From IMG/VR virus record IMGVR_UViG_3300037225_000744: DNA of 20,000 nucleotides. One strand, written 5' to 3'. Source of the stretch: an uncultured virus (IMG/VR IMGVR_UViG_3300037225_000744). Its lineage: Duplodnaviria; Heunggongvirae; Uroviricota; Caudoviricetes. Shown one piece after another: positions 1-8,630 of the stretch. The position numbers and the translations under genes were made by a program. Under the pieces are notes generated by a model. The model was not told the origin of the DNA, did not search any database, and was given only the letters and a program-made list of their open reading frames with translations. Position 1 is the stretch's first letter. Each line of letters begins with the position of its first letter.

Positions 1-1
1 T

Positions 2-373
2 TATTTAATCTTGCCTCAAACAACTGAGTATAGTAACCCTTCGCCATTTTCATTTTTAATTCTTACAAAAGAAGGAGTAGATAAAAATAAATTAGTAGAG
101 TATTTAGAAAATAATAAAATACAAACCAGACCTTTATTTGCTGGAAATATTTTATTACACCCTTGTTTTGATTCTTTAGAAATAGATAAAGATTATAGAG
201 TTATAGGTGATCTTAAAAATACAAACTATATAATGAATAATGGATTTATGGTGGGTATTTATCCCGGGTTAAATAATAAAGATTTGGATAAAATAAGCAA
301 TGTGATTTGGAATTATTTTATAATCAATGGTAATTCACAGCATAAGGAGAATAATTATGAATATGGATTTTAA
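2..373 (+). CDS. rfbH: C-terminal part of an RfbH/DdhC-like CDP-4-keto-6-deoxyglucose 3-dehydratase (DegT/DnrJ/EryC1/StrS family); 5' end lies outside the window
   Basis: Frame is open from base 2. Motifs SNPSPFSF, LENNKIQTRPLFAGNILLHP and YRVIGDLKNTNYIMNNGFMVGIYPGL match the characteristic RfbH C-terminus. Confidence 0.8.
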   Translation, partial: YLILPQTTEYSNPSPFSFLILTKEGVDKNKLVEYLENNKIQTRPLFAGNILLHPCFDSLEIDKDYRVIGDLKNTNYIMNNGFMVGIYPGLNNKDLDKISNVIWNYFIINGNSQHKENNYEYGF

Positions 374-533
374 GTGTGATAAATCAACGTGTCAGTTTTA
401 TAGCTATGGATTTGAAACATACTGTAGCGTACAATTTTCTATAATAGAAAAATGTGATTATTATAGGAAATTAAATAATATAGAAATTAAAAAAGAAGAG
501 TGTAGTAGTTATCAATTTATTGCACTGTACTAA
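357..533 (+). CDS. Small Cys-rich hypothetical protein
   Basis: RBS AAGGAGA precedes the ATG at 357, preferred over the track start at 327. 58 aa with 5 Cys. Confidence 0.6.
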   Translation: MNMDFKCDKSTCQFYSYGFETYCSVQFSIIEKCDYYRKLNNIEIKKEECSSYQFIALY

Positions 534-539
534 TAAATA
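528..539 (+). promoter_or_regulatory. Putative phage late promoter, TACTAATAAWTA class
   Basis: TACTAATAAATA lies upstream of the RBS and ATG at 558; one of 5 copies, all at gene or tRNA starts. Confidence 0.5.
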
Positions 540-557
540 AGAAAAGAGGGAAGGAAA

Positions 558-671
558 ATGAATACTCATTTAGTTTGTTCTCATTGTGTAAGAAATCATG
601 AATGCGCCTACCAAACAGAAGATACAGTAGATGAATGTGTAGATGTAATTTTGTTTAAGGCAAATAGTTAA
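558..671 (+). CDS. 37-aa Cys/His-rich peptide (MNTHLVCSHCVRNHECAYQ...), not in the ORF track
   Basis: RBS GAGGGAAGG, ATG 558, TAA 669-671; CxxC-x5-C pattern. Confidence 0.5.
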   Translation: MNTHLVCSHCVRNHECAYQTEDTVDECVDVILFKANS

Positions 672-709
672 TTTATGCCAGCAAGACCTAAATTAAAAAA
701 AAGGACGAA

Positions 710-880
710 ATGATGGAAAAAAAGAATAATGAATGTTGCAAAATTCAACAGTGTGATATGTGTAATGTAGCGTTGAATATAAATAATTTTTTTGAAATAG
801 AGGTATTATCCCTTGAAAATAATAATGTAATAGGGTACAAATATTTTTGTAATAATTGTTTTATATCATATTTTTGTTAA
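710..880 (+). CDS. 56-aa zinc-finger-like protein (CDMC...CNNC), not in the ORF track
   Basis: RBS AAGGA, ATG 710, TAA 878-880; two CxxC pairs. Confidence 0.55.
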   Translation: MMEKKNNECCKIQQCDMCNVALNINNFFEIEVLSLENNNVIGYKYFCNNCFISYFC

Positions 881-941
881 TTCTAAAAATACCTTTTAAA
901 AATATTAATGAATACTATTTTTTATATAACACGGGGGAATA

Positions 942-1589
942 GTGGCAAGAGCTAAAATTACAAAAGGTGGAGTTACTTTAAGGCAGGTATATAGATGGTC
1001 TAAACAGCTCTATTACAAAAGCTTTGATGATAAAGCTGTAAGGATGAGATTAGACATTACTAAAGCTAAAGTTATAGCTCGTCAACATTATGAGTATGAT
1101 GCAAACGCAAAAGAATGGGTGCAAGTAAAAGGACTTCGTCATACTAAATTTGAATTTTTAGTTTCATCAAAACCCGTATCTTATAAACGAACAGATAATG
1201 TACCTATACACAAATATCCAGTAATTTTTTTATTTTATAACTTAGATTTAGGTTGGAATTCACCTTTTAGATGGAGAACAGGGTCGTTTAAAAAAGTATT
1301 ATTTGCAACAAAAGGGTCTATAGCAGAAAAGAGACAGAAAATAGGCGATCAAAATATTCGTAATGGCAGACAATTAGATTTCTTTTTTAAGCTAGAAGCA
1401 TTATTAAGATTTTACGGACTTCTTTACGGTCCTGATACTACAAATAGAAAGTTACCTTTAAAAGCAAATCCATTATTAATCCCATATTTTGATAAAACAG
1501 CTTTGTTCGTAGTTGAGAAGATACTTAGATATTTATTTACAGATAAGGGGATTGCACTAATAAAAAATAGAGTTTTTAAAAACGAATGA
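942..1589 (+). CDS. Basic hypothetical phage protein; C-terminus resembles a SWIM-like DF..P..NP..CKH module lacking its Cys/His ligands
   Basis: GTG start after GGGGG RBS; 215 aa; segment LDFFFKLEALL...LYG...LPLKANPLLIPYFDKT. Confidence 0.7.
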   Translation: MARAKITKGGVTLRQVYRWSKQLYYKSFDDKAVRMRLDITKAKVIARQHYEYDANAKEWVQVKGLRHTKFEFLVSSKPVSYKRTDNVPIHKYPVIFLFYNLDLGWNSPFRWRTGSFKKVLFATKGSIAEKRQKIGDQNIRNGRQLDFFFKLEALLRFYGLLYGPDTTNRKLPLKANPLLIPYFDKTALFVVEKILRYLFTDKGIALIKNRVFKNE

Positions 1590-1807
1590 GAGAAGTAAAT
1601 ATGAATTTATATCAATGTAAAAATAATTTAGGGGAATATTATATAATAGATGAAAATATGTCTTCTGCAAAAGAAAAATTAGAAATATTATTAAAACAAA
1701 AAGGTTATGATATTGCAGATTATAAAGTGCAAGATGCTTTACACTTAGGAGAATCTTTCGAAGATGATACTATTTTTATTTACAAACATTATACTTTATA
1801 CTTATAA
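1586..1807 (+). CDS. Hypothetical protein
   Basis: 73-aa ORF with ATGA overlap to the upstream gene. Confidence 0.6.
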   Translation: MREVNMNLYQCKNNLGEYYIIDENMSSAKEKLEILLKQKGYDIADYKVQDALHLGESFEDDTIFIYKHYTLYL

Positions 1808-1831
1808 AAATCATAAATGAGAGGACAAAAT

Positions 1832-3067
1832 ATGTCTGAAAATGAATCAAAAGTTACTAAAGAACAATTATTAGAAAATTTAAAACAGCTTGCTAAGCAA
1901 TATCAAATAGACAATCCAAAATCTAAAAAAGTAATAACTCGAAACTATTATAGAAGAAATAGTGATTATGGTGAATGTTATATTACATATTATGATACTT
2001 TTGATAATTTTAAAAATCAATTAGATATAGATGTAAATACCTTTGAACAAGAAAAGAAAGTAAAAATATTAGAAGAACAAGTAAAGGATTTAAAAGCTGA
2101 TAGAGATAAGTTATTAAATTCCGAAATAAAAGAAGAGCAATTTATAAATGAATTTAAAAGTAGAATAAAACCTATTGAAGTAAATAAAAATATACCTAAA
2201 AAAGTAGTTACTAGGAGAGAAAAAGAAATTGCTTTAGTATTAAGTGATTGGCATTCTGGAGAAGTAGTAGTATCAGAAGAAATGGGGGGTATAAATGCTT
2301 TTAATAAGAAAATATTATTTGAAAGAGCGGATGATGTATTTAAACAATTTCATGATTATTGTGATGCAATAAAAGTAAACAATGTCAGGGTTTATATTAT
2401 TGGTGATATGTTGGGGGGCATTATTCATGAGGAGCTAAGAAATACAAATGAAGAAACGGTAATTGAATCATTAATTAGCTTACAAGAATATTTAACAAAA
2501 CAATTATTTGAATTTAGTAAAAGATATAATAAAACAAAAGTAGTTATAATATCTGGTAATCATACTAGAATTACAGAAAAACCCCAAAATAAAAAGCATC
2601 AGATTAATAACTTTGAATATATAATGGGTATTATGATTCAACATAATTTATCTGCTCAAAAGAATATAGAAGTAGTAGTACCTAAATCTGTATTTTATAT
2701 AGATAATGTTTTAGGTAAAAATAATATGTTAATGCATGGTGATACTCTTTCTAGTGGAAGTGGATCTTTTGCTGGTATAGGGTTTTATGCAATAGCAACA
2801 AATGCAGCTAAACTATTTGGTGCTTTAATAAAATCAGGTATTAATGAAACCAATTTTTCTAATATATTTTGCGGGCACTTGCACAGCTTTTCCTTCATCC
2901 CCCTTTTCCAAGGAGGACACGTGCTAATAAATGCTTCATTAATAGGTACTAATGAATTTTCATTAAATAAAATAAAAACAGTATCATCAATAGAACAAAG
3001 TATGGTTGTATTAACAGAAAATGGAATAGAAAGTGCTATAAGATTAGTACCTAAAATAAATAGATAG
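1832..3067 (+). CDS. Calcineurin-like metallophosphoesterase/nuclease with an N-terminal helical domain and coiled coil
   Basis: All five metallophosphoesterase motifs: SDWH, GDMLGG, GNH, HGD, GHLH. RBS GAGG favours the ATG at 1832. Confidence 0.85.
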   Translation: MSENESKVTKEQLLENLKQLAKQYQIDNPKSKKVITRNYYRRNSDYGECYITYYDTFDNFKNQLDIDVNTFEQEKKVKILEEQVKDLKADRDKLLNSEIKEEQFINEFKSRIKPIEVNKNIPKKVVTRREKEIALVLSDWHSGEVVVSEEMGGINAFNKKILFERADDVFKQFHDYCDAIKVNNVRVYIIGDMLGGIIHEELRNTNEETVIESLISLQEYLTKQLFEFSKRYNKTKVVIISGNHTRITEKPQNKKHQINNFEYIMGIMIQHNLSAQKNIEVVVPKSVFYIDNVLGKNNMLMHGDTLSSGSGSFAGIGFYAIATNAAKLFGALIKSGINETNFSNIFCGHLHSFSFIPLFQGGHVLINASLIGTNEFSLNKIKTVSSIEQSMVVLTENGIESAIRLVPKINR

Positions 3068-3074
3068 AGGAGAA

Positions 3075-3293
3075 ATGAATATTAAAAGTATAGTTGAAAA
3101 ACAATTTAACAAATGGTATATAGATAGATATTCTAAAAAATCTTTAAAAATGTTAGATGAAATTTATTTTTTATTAGCTACTATTCAATCATTGGATAAA
3201 CCTAAAAAAATACATACATGGTCTAAATTAATGAATGAAATTTTTACTACAAAAGAAACTTTAGAAGGGATAATGTATGGGAAGAAAAAATAA
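3075..3293 (+). CDS. Hypothetical protein
   Basis: RBS GAGGAG; 72 aa. Confidence 0.65.
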   Translation: MNIKSIVEKQFNKWYIDRYSKKSLKMLDEIYFLLATIQSLDKPKKIHTWSKLMNEIFTTKETLEGIMYGKKK

Positions 3294-3495
3294 TAATAAA
3301 GAATTATTAAAAAATATTAAATCTGGTATTAGGTTAAAAACTAAACCACCTAAAGTAGAAGACTCTAAAACTACTTATAATAGAAAAAAGAGACATTTTT
3401 TAGATATGTCTGATGAAGATATTATTAATATGTCCAATGAAGAATTTGATGACTATTTACTTAAATCAGGATTGCTAAATGAGGAGGAAGTATGA
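3277..3495 (+). CDS. Hypothetical protein with a basic KVE..K..YNRKKRH motif and an acidic tail
   Basis: 72-aa ORF overlapping both neighbours. Confidence 0.6.
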   Translation: MGRKNNNKELLKNIKSGIRLKTKPPKVEDSKTTYNRKKRHFLDMSDEDIINMSNEEFDDYLLKSGLLNEEEV

Positions 3496-3755
3496 GTATA
3501 AATATTGAATTAAAAATTAAGATGAAAGATGGCAAAGAAATTGTATTAGAATCAAATGAAGCTAAAGAATTATATGAAGAATTGAAAAAGATATATAATA
3601 AAGATTATATTTCTTATCCTTATTTGAGTCCTACATATATTCCAGTATACGATCCTATTCCATGGAATAAACAAATTATTTGGGGGTCATCTAATGGAAA
3701 TAGTATTATAAACTATAAAACAGATGGTAGGGATCCAAATACAGTACCTTACTAA
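3492..3755 (+). CDS. Hypothetical phage protein
   Basis: RBS GAGGAGG; EIVL..NEAKELYEELKKI helix followed by a Pro/Tyr-rich tail. Confidence 0.65.
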   Translation: MSINIELKIKMKDGKEIVLESNEAKELYEELKKIYNKDYISYPYLSPTYIPVYDPIPWNKQIIWGSSNGNSIINYKTDGRDPNTVPY

Positions 3756-3770
3756 ATCATTTAATACCCA

Positions 3771-3806
3771 ACCTCTTTCTTTATTTTTACTAATAATTAA
3801 AGAGGT
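3771..3806 (+). promoter_or_regulatory. Putative late promoter (TACTAATAATTA, 3788-3799) inside an 8-bp inverted repeat that covers the Shine-Dalgarno
   Basis: ACCTCTTT (3771-3778) is the exact reverse complement of AAAGAGGT (3799-3806), which contains the SD for ATG 3815. Confidence 0.65.
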
Positions 3807-3814
3807 ACTTTTTT

Positions 3815-5032
3815 ATGCCAGTACAAATAGGTACATACGAATTACTATTAAAATCTAATCCTCAAGCGTTTGACTTTTCAAAAGCTAATATAAAATACTT
3901 TCCTTTTATTCAATTTCAAGATAGTATATTTGATTTCTTTCCTATATTAGAATTTCAATTTAAAGATGATATGAATGCTATACTAGACCAGGTGGGATTT
4001 GTAGAAAATTTACAGGTATCAGCAGGATTAGGTAATCAAGATGATGGATATTTAGGACATGATTATATATGGTTAGATGACCAGTTACAACAAACTGCTG
4101 TTGCTGATAATATGTCTGGTACTAATTTAATAACTTTAGTTTCATATTATGCAAGATTTAATCATCCTAAATCTAGAGCATGGAATGATACAATAGAAAA
4201 TGTTTTAAAAGATATTTTACTAAAAGATTACAATATAAAAGATAGTTCAAAAATATATATAAGCCCTACATTAGGTACAGATTATTGGTATCAAGCTAAT
4301 ACTAAAAATTCAGATTTTATTAAAGGACTATCAAGAGTAGCATTAAGTAAAAATTATCCCACTTCTCCTTTTTATACCTTTTTTAATACTAATGGTGATT
4401 TTTATTTTATGACCATAGATGATTTAATGGCTCAGCCTTATGAGAACGATGAACCTTATATATTATTATTTGATCCTGAGACATCAAAAAGATTTGATTG
4501 TATTCAAGATTATAATGTAACTTATGGTGGGTATAATACTAATTTTGATAATTATCAAGTAAAAACTTATCAATTAGAAGAAACAGGTAGTTTTACAAAT
4601 AAGACGCAAAAAATAGGAGATCAAATATATAAAGAAGATGAAGTAAAAGATAAAGTACAAATAAGAAATGCTTATATGGAAACATCTAATGTTATGAATT
4701 TAGGCATATACGAATCAGCTACAGATAAATATAATTTTCAAGGAAAAATAAATGCTATATGGCAAAATTCTAATTTAAGTAATAGAATGCAAATTACAGT
4801 TTTATTTAACCCTGCTTTAGTTACAGGTAAAGTTATAAATTTAGAAATAGGAAGTTATGATGATTCTAAGGCTAATAAATTAAAATCATTTTCAGGTACT
4901 TGGCTTATTATACAATCTCAACAACTAATTTCAGATCAAAACGCCATGACACCTCCTTATGTTAGTTTAATGTTAGCAAGAGGTTCGAATTACATCGACC
5001 CGAAACAAGCATTTTATGGGGAATATCAATAG
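3815..5032 (+). CDS. Baseplate hub protein, T4 gp27/late control D-like
   Basis: 405 aa with the typical layout: SRAWNDTIENVLKDIL, YWYQAN..DFIKGL, PFYTFFNTNGDFYFMTIDDLM, NPALVTGKVINL, FSGTWLI. Confidence 0.65.
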   Translation: MPVQIGTYELLLKSNPQAFDFSKANIKYFPFIQFQDSIFDFFPILEFQFKDDMNAILDQVGFVENLQVSAGLGNQDDGYLGHDYIWLDDQLQQTAVADNMSGTNLITLVSYYARFNHPKSRAWNDTIENVLKDILLKDYNIKDSSKIYISPTLGTDYWYQANTKNSDFIKGLSRVALSKNYPTSPFYTFFNTNGDFYFMTIDDLMAQPYENDEPYILLFDPETSKRFDCIQDYNVTYGGYNTNFDNYQVKTYQLEETGSFTNKTQKIGDQIYKEDEVKDKVQIRNAYMETSNVMNLGIYESATDKYNFQGKINAIWQNSNLSNRMQITVLFNPALVTGKVINLEIGSYDDSKANKLKSFSGTWLIIQSQQLISDQNAMTPPYVSLMLARGSNYIDPKQAFYGEYQ

Positions 5033-5036
5033 GATT

Positions 5037-5048
5037 TACTAATAATTA
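5037..5048 (+). promoter_or_regulatory. Putative late promoter TACTAATAATTA directly abutting the start codon
   Basis: Exact copy of the motif; ATG at 5050. Confidence 0.6.
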
Positions 5049-5049
5049 T

Positions 5050-5937
5050 ATGAAACCATATAATAAAATATATGATAGAAGCTATGATTATATGTCTCCT
5101 ATGCTAGAAAAAACTTTTGACATAGATAGCGATGTAAATTTAGTTTATAAATTAGGTAAATTTGATTCCATTATTGAATATACAAATCATTTTATTCAAG
5201 GAAAATATGATTCTTTTCCTAAGAATATAAAAGATTACTTAATAAATGGAGAAGAAATTACATTATCTTCTTTTAGTACAAATGTATTAAAAAATGAAGA
5301 ATGTAAAAAAGCAAATGAAGTAAATTCAATGCAAATTAAATGTGGTATATACTCAGATGGGTCTTTATATGATTCAAAAAATAAATTAATACTAATTTCA
5401 TTAAATTATGATTTATTTGATGTTTTTAATATCTATTTAAAATATGGTATTGGTAGAGTAAAAATATTATTAGGTAATTCAAATTTTAAATTATCTATGA
5501 ATGAAATTACATCTACTAAGATAAAAACATCTATTAGTCATGAATTATCCCATTGGTTAGATGATACTTTTCATAATAAATTTTTAACGAAATTAATAGA
5601 TTTAGCAGACACTTTAGATGATTCAGACATATTATTACTAAAACAGAAAAATGTTAATATGACTTATTTTGAGATTGAAGCTCAAATTCATGGTATAAAG
5701 CAATTAAAGAAAATGAAAATAGATAATTGGGATAAATATACTTTAGATAATGTATTTTCTAGATATTCTTCATTACAGCAAATAGCTAAAGATATTTATT
5801 CTAAATTTGGTAAACTTATTTTAAATATATGGGTAAAAAATTTAACCAAAAGAATGGCTAGAGAAAATCTTTTAGGAAAAAATATGAAAAGTGGATTAGA
5901 TGTAGAAAAATTAAGGGAATCTTTATTCAAAATTTAG
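5050..5937 (+). CDS. Putative zinc metalloprotease (HExxH...E, gluzincin-like)
   Basis: ISHELSHWLDD followed by EIEAQ; 295 aa. Confidence 0.6.
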   Translation: MKPYNKIYDRSYDYMSPMLEKTFDIDSDVNLVYKLGKFDSIIEYTNHFIQGKYDSFPKNIKDYLINGEEITLSSFSTNVLKNEECKKANEVNSMQIKCGIYSDGSLYDSKNKLILISLNYDLFDVFNIYLKYGIGRVKILLGNSNFKLSMNEITSTKIKTSISHELSHWLDDTFHNKFLTKLIDLADTLDDSDILLLKQKNVNMTYFEIEAQIHGIKQLKKMKIDNWDKYTLDNVFSRYSSLQQIAKDIYSKFGKLILNIWVKNLTKRMARENLLGKNMKSGLDVEKLRESLFKI

Positions 5938-5947
5938 AGGAATATAA

Positions 5948-8044
5948 ATGGCAGATACTATAAATCAAGATGAATTACAAAATATACAAAGATTAGCAAA
6001 AAGAGCTGAGTTTAGAAATAAACCTTTAAAGTCTTTAATGAAGATGTTTAAAGTAGGGTTAAACAAAGATCATTCAGCTTCTTATGATAAAGTATTAAGA
6101 CCATTAGATAAGAATGGTAAAATAGAACCTTTTCCAAATAATGTAGAAAAATTTTGGAAATATTGGATGTCTAATTGCCACGATGATATCGAATCCTTTA
6201 AAAATATGGTTCAGCTTTGGCAAGACATGGATATGCTATATATTAATAGCCCTATTATGTCTAAAGCAATGAATATATTATCAGATGAAACAGTGCAAGC
6301 AGATGTTAATATGAATTGTATTGGTGTTGAAGCAGAAAAGAAACAAAAAGACTTTATTCTTAATTTTTTTGATGAAATAAATATATATTCTTATATAAGA
6401 CCTTTAGCGTTAGAAATAATAAAATTTGGTAATGCAGGAGTGGTATTATCTTTAGATAAAGGTATTAAAGAATTTATTCCTATCAATATTTATGATTTTA
6501 AATCTGTATTAGAATTTACTCCTTATCAAGTACAACAAAAAATGGAAAAAAGAGATAAATTCTTTATGGATTATTCTGCAAGAGATAGAATAGATCATTT
6601 ACTTAAATCTATTTTAAATAAAGAAAATTATGCATCTTATTTTAAAGATTATGTAATAGGATATCAGGTGGGAGATTATGTTCTTCCCCCTTGGAGGTTT
6701 ATTCATTTTAAAAATAGAACAACAGGTAGCCCATTTAAGCCTTTTGGTACACCTTTATATTTACATTCTGTTGCCCCCTATAGACAATATGATGCAGCTA
6801 TGACTCTTCAAGTAGTTGCAAGGGGATGTAGATTTCCTATGAACGTGTATAAAATAAATGCACCTAATATTGTTGACCCTGTAAGTAAAGCAAATTATGT
6901 AACTGAATTTATAAGAGAATTCCAGAATTCAGGTATAAATGATACAAGAAAACAAAACACAGGAGTAGGGGAAGAAATATTTACAATTAAAGATTTATTT
7001 GAATTTGAACAAATAACTCCTCAAATAGATTTAGGAAAAATTGATGATATTGAAATGTTAAAAAATGATTTAGTTATTTCTAGTTTCGTTCCTAAATTTT
7101 TAGTTGACCCTACTGATAACGGTTTTGGTGAAGGAGGACAATCTTTAGCTCAGAAATTCAAACCATTTCAGAGATTAGTTTTTTCAGTTCAAACAATTAT
7201 ATTAGATGGGTTAACCCAGGTATGCAAAATTCATATGATTGAATCTGGTGAATTCGCAACTGATGAAATTGATTTTCAATTAACTATGCCTTATCCTGAA
7301 TCCCAAGTGGATAAAGACATTATAGATAATCAAAAAGATTTATTAGATTTGAGTAATGCTATTTTGGATTCTATTAGTCAAAGAATATTAGGTGGTCAAG
7401 AAGTACCAGAAGAAATTATTAAATCTGTATATTATCAAATAATGCCTTATGATCAAAAAAGAATTGATACTTGGTTCAAAGCAAAACAAATGGCGAAGAA
7501 AGAAGGTGAGCAAGGGTCTAATAGTTTTGCTACAAGTTTTGAATCTATACCCAAAGAAGATTCAGAAGGTGATTTAGCTTATAGAGATGATATAAAAGAT
7601 TTTTCTAATATACATGCAGCTTCTAGTAAACATTCTAGTAGTGTATATGAATCATACAATACATTTAAATTAGTTGAAAAGAAATTAAATGAAAATAGGG
7701 AAGAAAAAATAAATTTAACTGAAGAAATTAAAAAATCTATATTCGAAATTACTCAAAAGAAAATAAGAAATAATTCTTTTAATAAAAAACATATTTATAG
7801 TTCTCATAATAAATATGAAGATTTTAATGCCCTATTATTGAGTGAATGGGTTATAAATGAATTTGAAAATAATGATAAAGATGGGAAGAAACAATTAAAA
7901 GAAGAAGTAGGATATGAAGAAGAAGAAAAAGAGGTTTTAGAAGAAGAAGAAAAAGAAGTAAGTTACAAACACGGTAGGTATATCGAAAAATATAAATTTT
8001 CTTTTGAATCAGAAAATGATTTAAAAGAATCAATTGATTCTTAA
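5948..8044 (+). CDS. Portal vertex protein, T4 gp20-like, with a long charged C-terminal extension
   Basis: Motifs SPIMSKAMNILSDETV, IIKFGN, WRFIHFK, PFGTPLY...YRQY, VYKIN, GKIDDIEMLKNDL...VPKFL, SLAQKFKPFQR. Confidence 0.88.
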   Translation: MADTINQDELQNIQRLAKRAEFRNKPLKSLMKMFKVGLNKDHSASYDKVLRPLDKNGKIEPFPNNVEKFWKYWMSNCHDDIESFKNMVQLWQDMDMLYINSPIMSKAMNILSDETVQADVNMNCIGVEAEKKQKDFILNFFDEINIYSYIRPLALEIIKFGNAGVVLSLDKGIKEFIPINIYDFKSVLEFTPYQVQQKMEKRDKFFMDYSARDRIDHLLKSILNKENYASYFKDYVIGYQVGDYVLPPWRFIHFKNRTTGSPFKPFGTPLYLHSVAPYRQYDAAMTLQVVARGCRFPMNVYKINAPNIVDPVSKANYVTEFIREFQNSGINDTRKQNTGVGEEIFTIKDLFEFEQITPQIDLGKIDDIEMLKNDLVISSFVPKFLVDPTDNGFGEGGQSLAQKFKPFQRLVFSVQTIILDGLTQVCKIHMIESGEFATDEIDFQLTMPYPESQVDKDIIDNQKDLLDLSNAILDSISQRILGGQEVPEEIIKSVYYQIMPYDQKRIDTWFKAKQMAKKEGEQGSNSFATSFESIPKEDSEGDLAYRDDIKDFSNIHAASSKHSSSVYESYNTFKLVEKKLNENREEKINLTEEIKKSIFEITQKKIRNNSFNKKHIYSSHNKYEDFNALLLSEWVINEFENNDKDGKKQLKEEVGYEEEEKEVLEEEEKEVSYKHGRYIEKYKFSFESENDLKESIDS
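7916..7959 (+). repeat. In-frame 24-nt-period duplication in the portal tail (EEEEKEV x2)
   Basis: GAAGAAGAAGAAAAAGARGT at 7916-7935 and 7940-7959. Confidence 0.6.
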
Positions 8045-8061
8045 GAGAAAAAAGAGGAATT

Positions 8062-8376
8062 ATGTTAAATTATTTAAAATGGTTTTTTAATAAAGAAAGT
8101 TGGACTCTTAAAGAGGTGTGTAATCAATTTGTACATCTTATTATATCTTTATTTGTATCTACTATATCTATGCTTATTTTTAAAGAATTATATTTATCTA
8201 TAATACTTGGAATTTTAATAGGAGCTATAATTGAATATTATCAATATCAATTTAAAAATGAAAAAGATATAATGCAAATCTATGATCATTTTAGAGATTT
8301 TAGTTTTTATTGCTTAGGTTCTACAATATTCATTCTAATGTTAATTACTAAAATATTTTTTATTATTTTTATTTAA
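8062..8376 (+). CDS. Multi-pass membrane protein
   Basis: RBS GAGG; about three hydrophobic segments with conserved-looking polar residues (H, EYYQ, RDF). Confidence 0.7.
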   Translation: MLNYLKWFFNKESWTLKEVCNQFVHLIISLFVSTISMLIFKELYLSIILGILIGAIIEYYQYQFKNEKDIMQIYDHFRDFSFYCLGSTIFILMLITKIFFIIFI

Positions 8377-8378
8377 TT

Positions 8379-8399
8379 TTTTTATATATTATAATATAA
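8379..8399 (+). promoter_or_regulatory. Second promoter-like class, TTTTTATATATTATAATATAA
   Basis: Identical 21-mer at 8379, 13211 and 18169. Contains TATAAT, has no canonical -35 and is followed by an RBS. Confidence 0.65.
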
Positions 8400-8407
8400 G
8401 GAGGATT

Positions 8408-8575
8408 ATGGAAACTAATGAATTAAAACAAGATGTTCAAGCTACATTACTTTATGAGGTCGATAACCGAAAAATATCCTTAGATGAACTCACTGGGATG
8501 CTCCAAGATCCAAAAATTAAGCTTGTGAAGCTTACAGAAAATACATACAAGACTCTACAAAGATTATATGGGTGA
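8408..8575 (+). CDS. 55-aa hypothetical protein (METNELKQ...YKTLQRLYG), not in the ORF track
   Basis: Perfect SD AAGGAGG, ATG 8408, TGA 8573-8575. Confidence 0.75.
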   Translation: METNELKQDVQATLLYEVDNRKISLDELTGMLQDPKIKLVKLTENTYKTLQRLYG

Positions 8576-8630
8576 TAATATTATTTCTTTTTGTTAGCTA
8601 AAAGTAAAAAATTAATTCAAGGAGAAAAAT

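Noticed and set aside
7851..8033. Minus-strand 60-aa Leu-rich ORF in the track
   Set aside because: Shadow of the GAA-rich portal tail on the opposite strand; no independent support.
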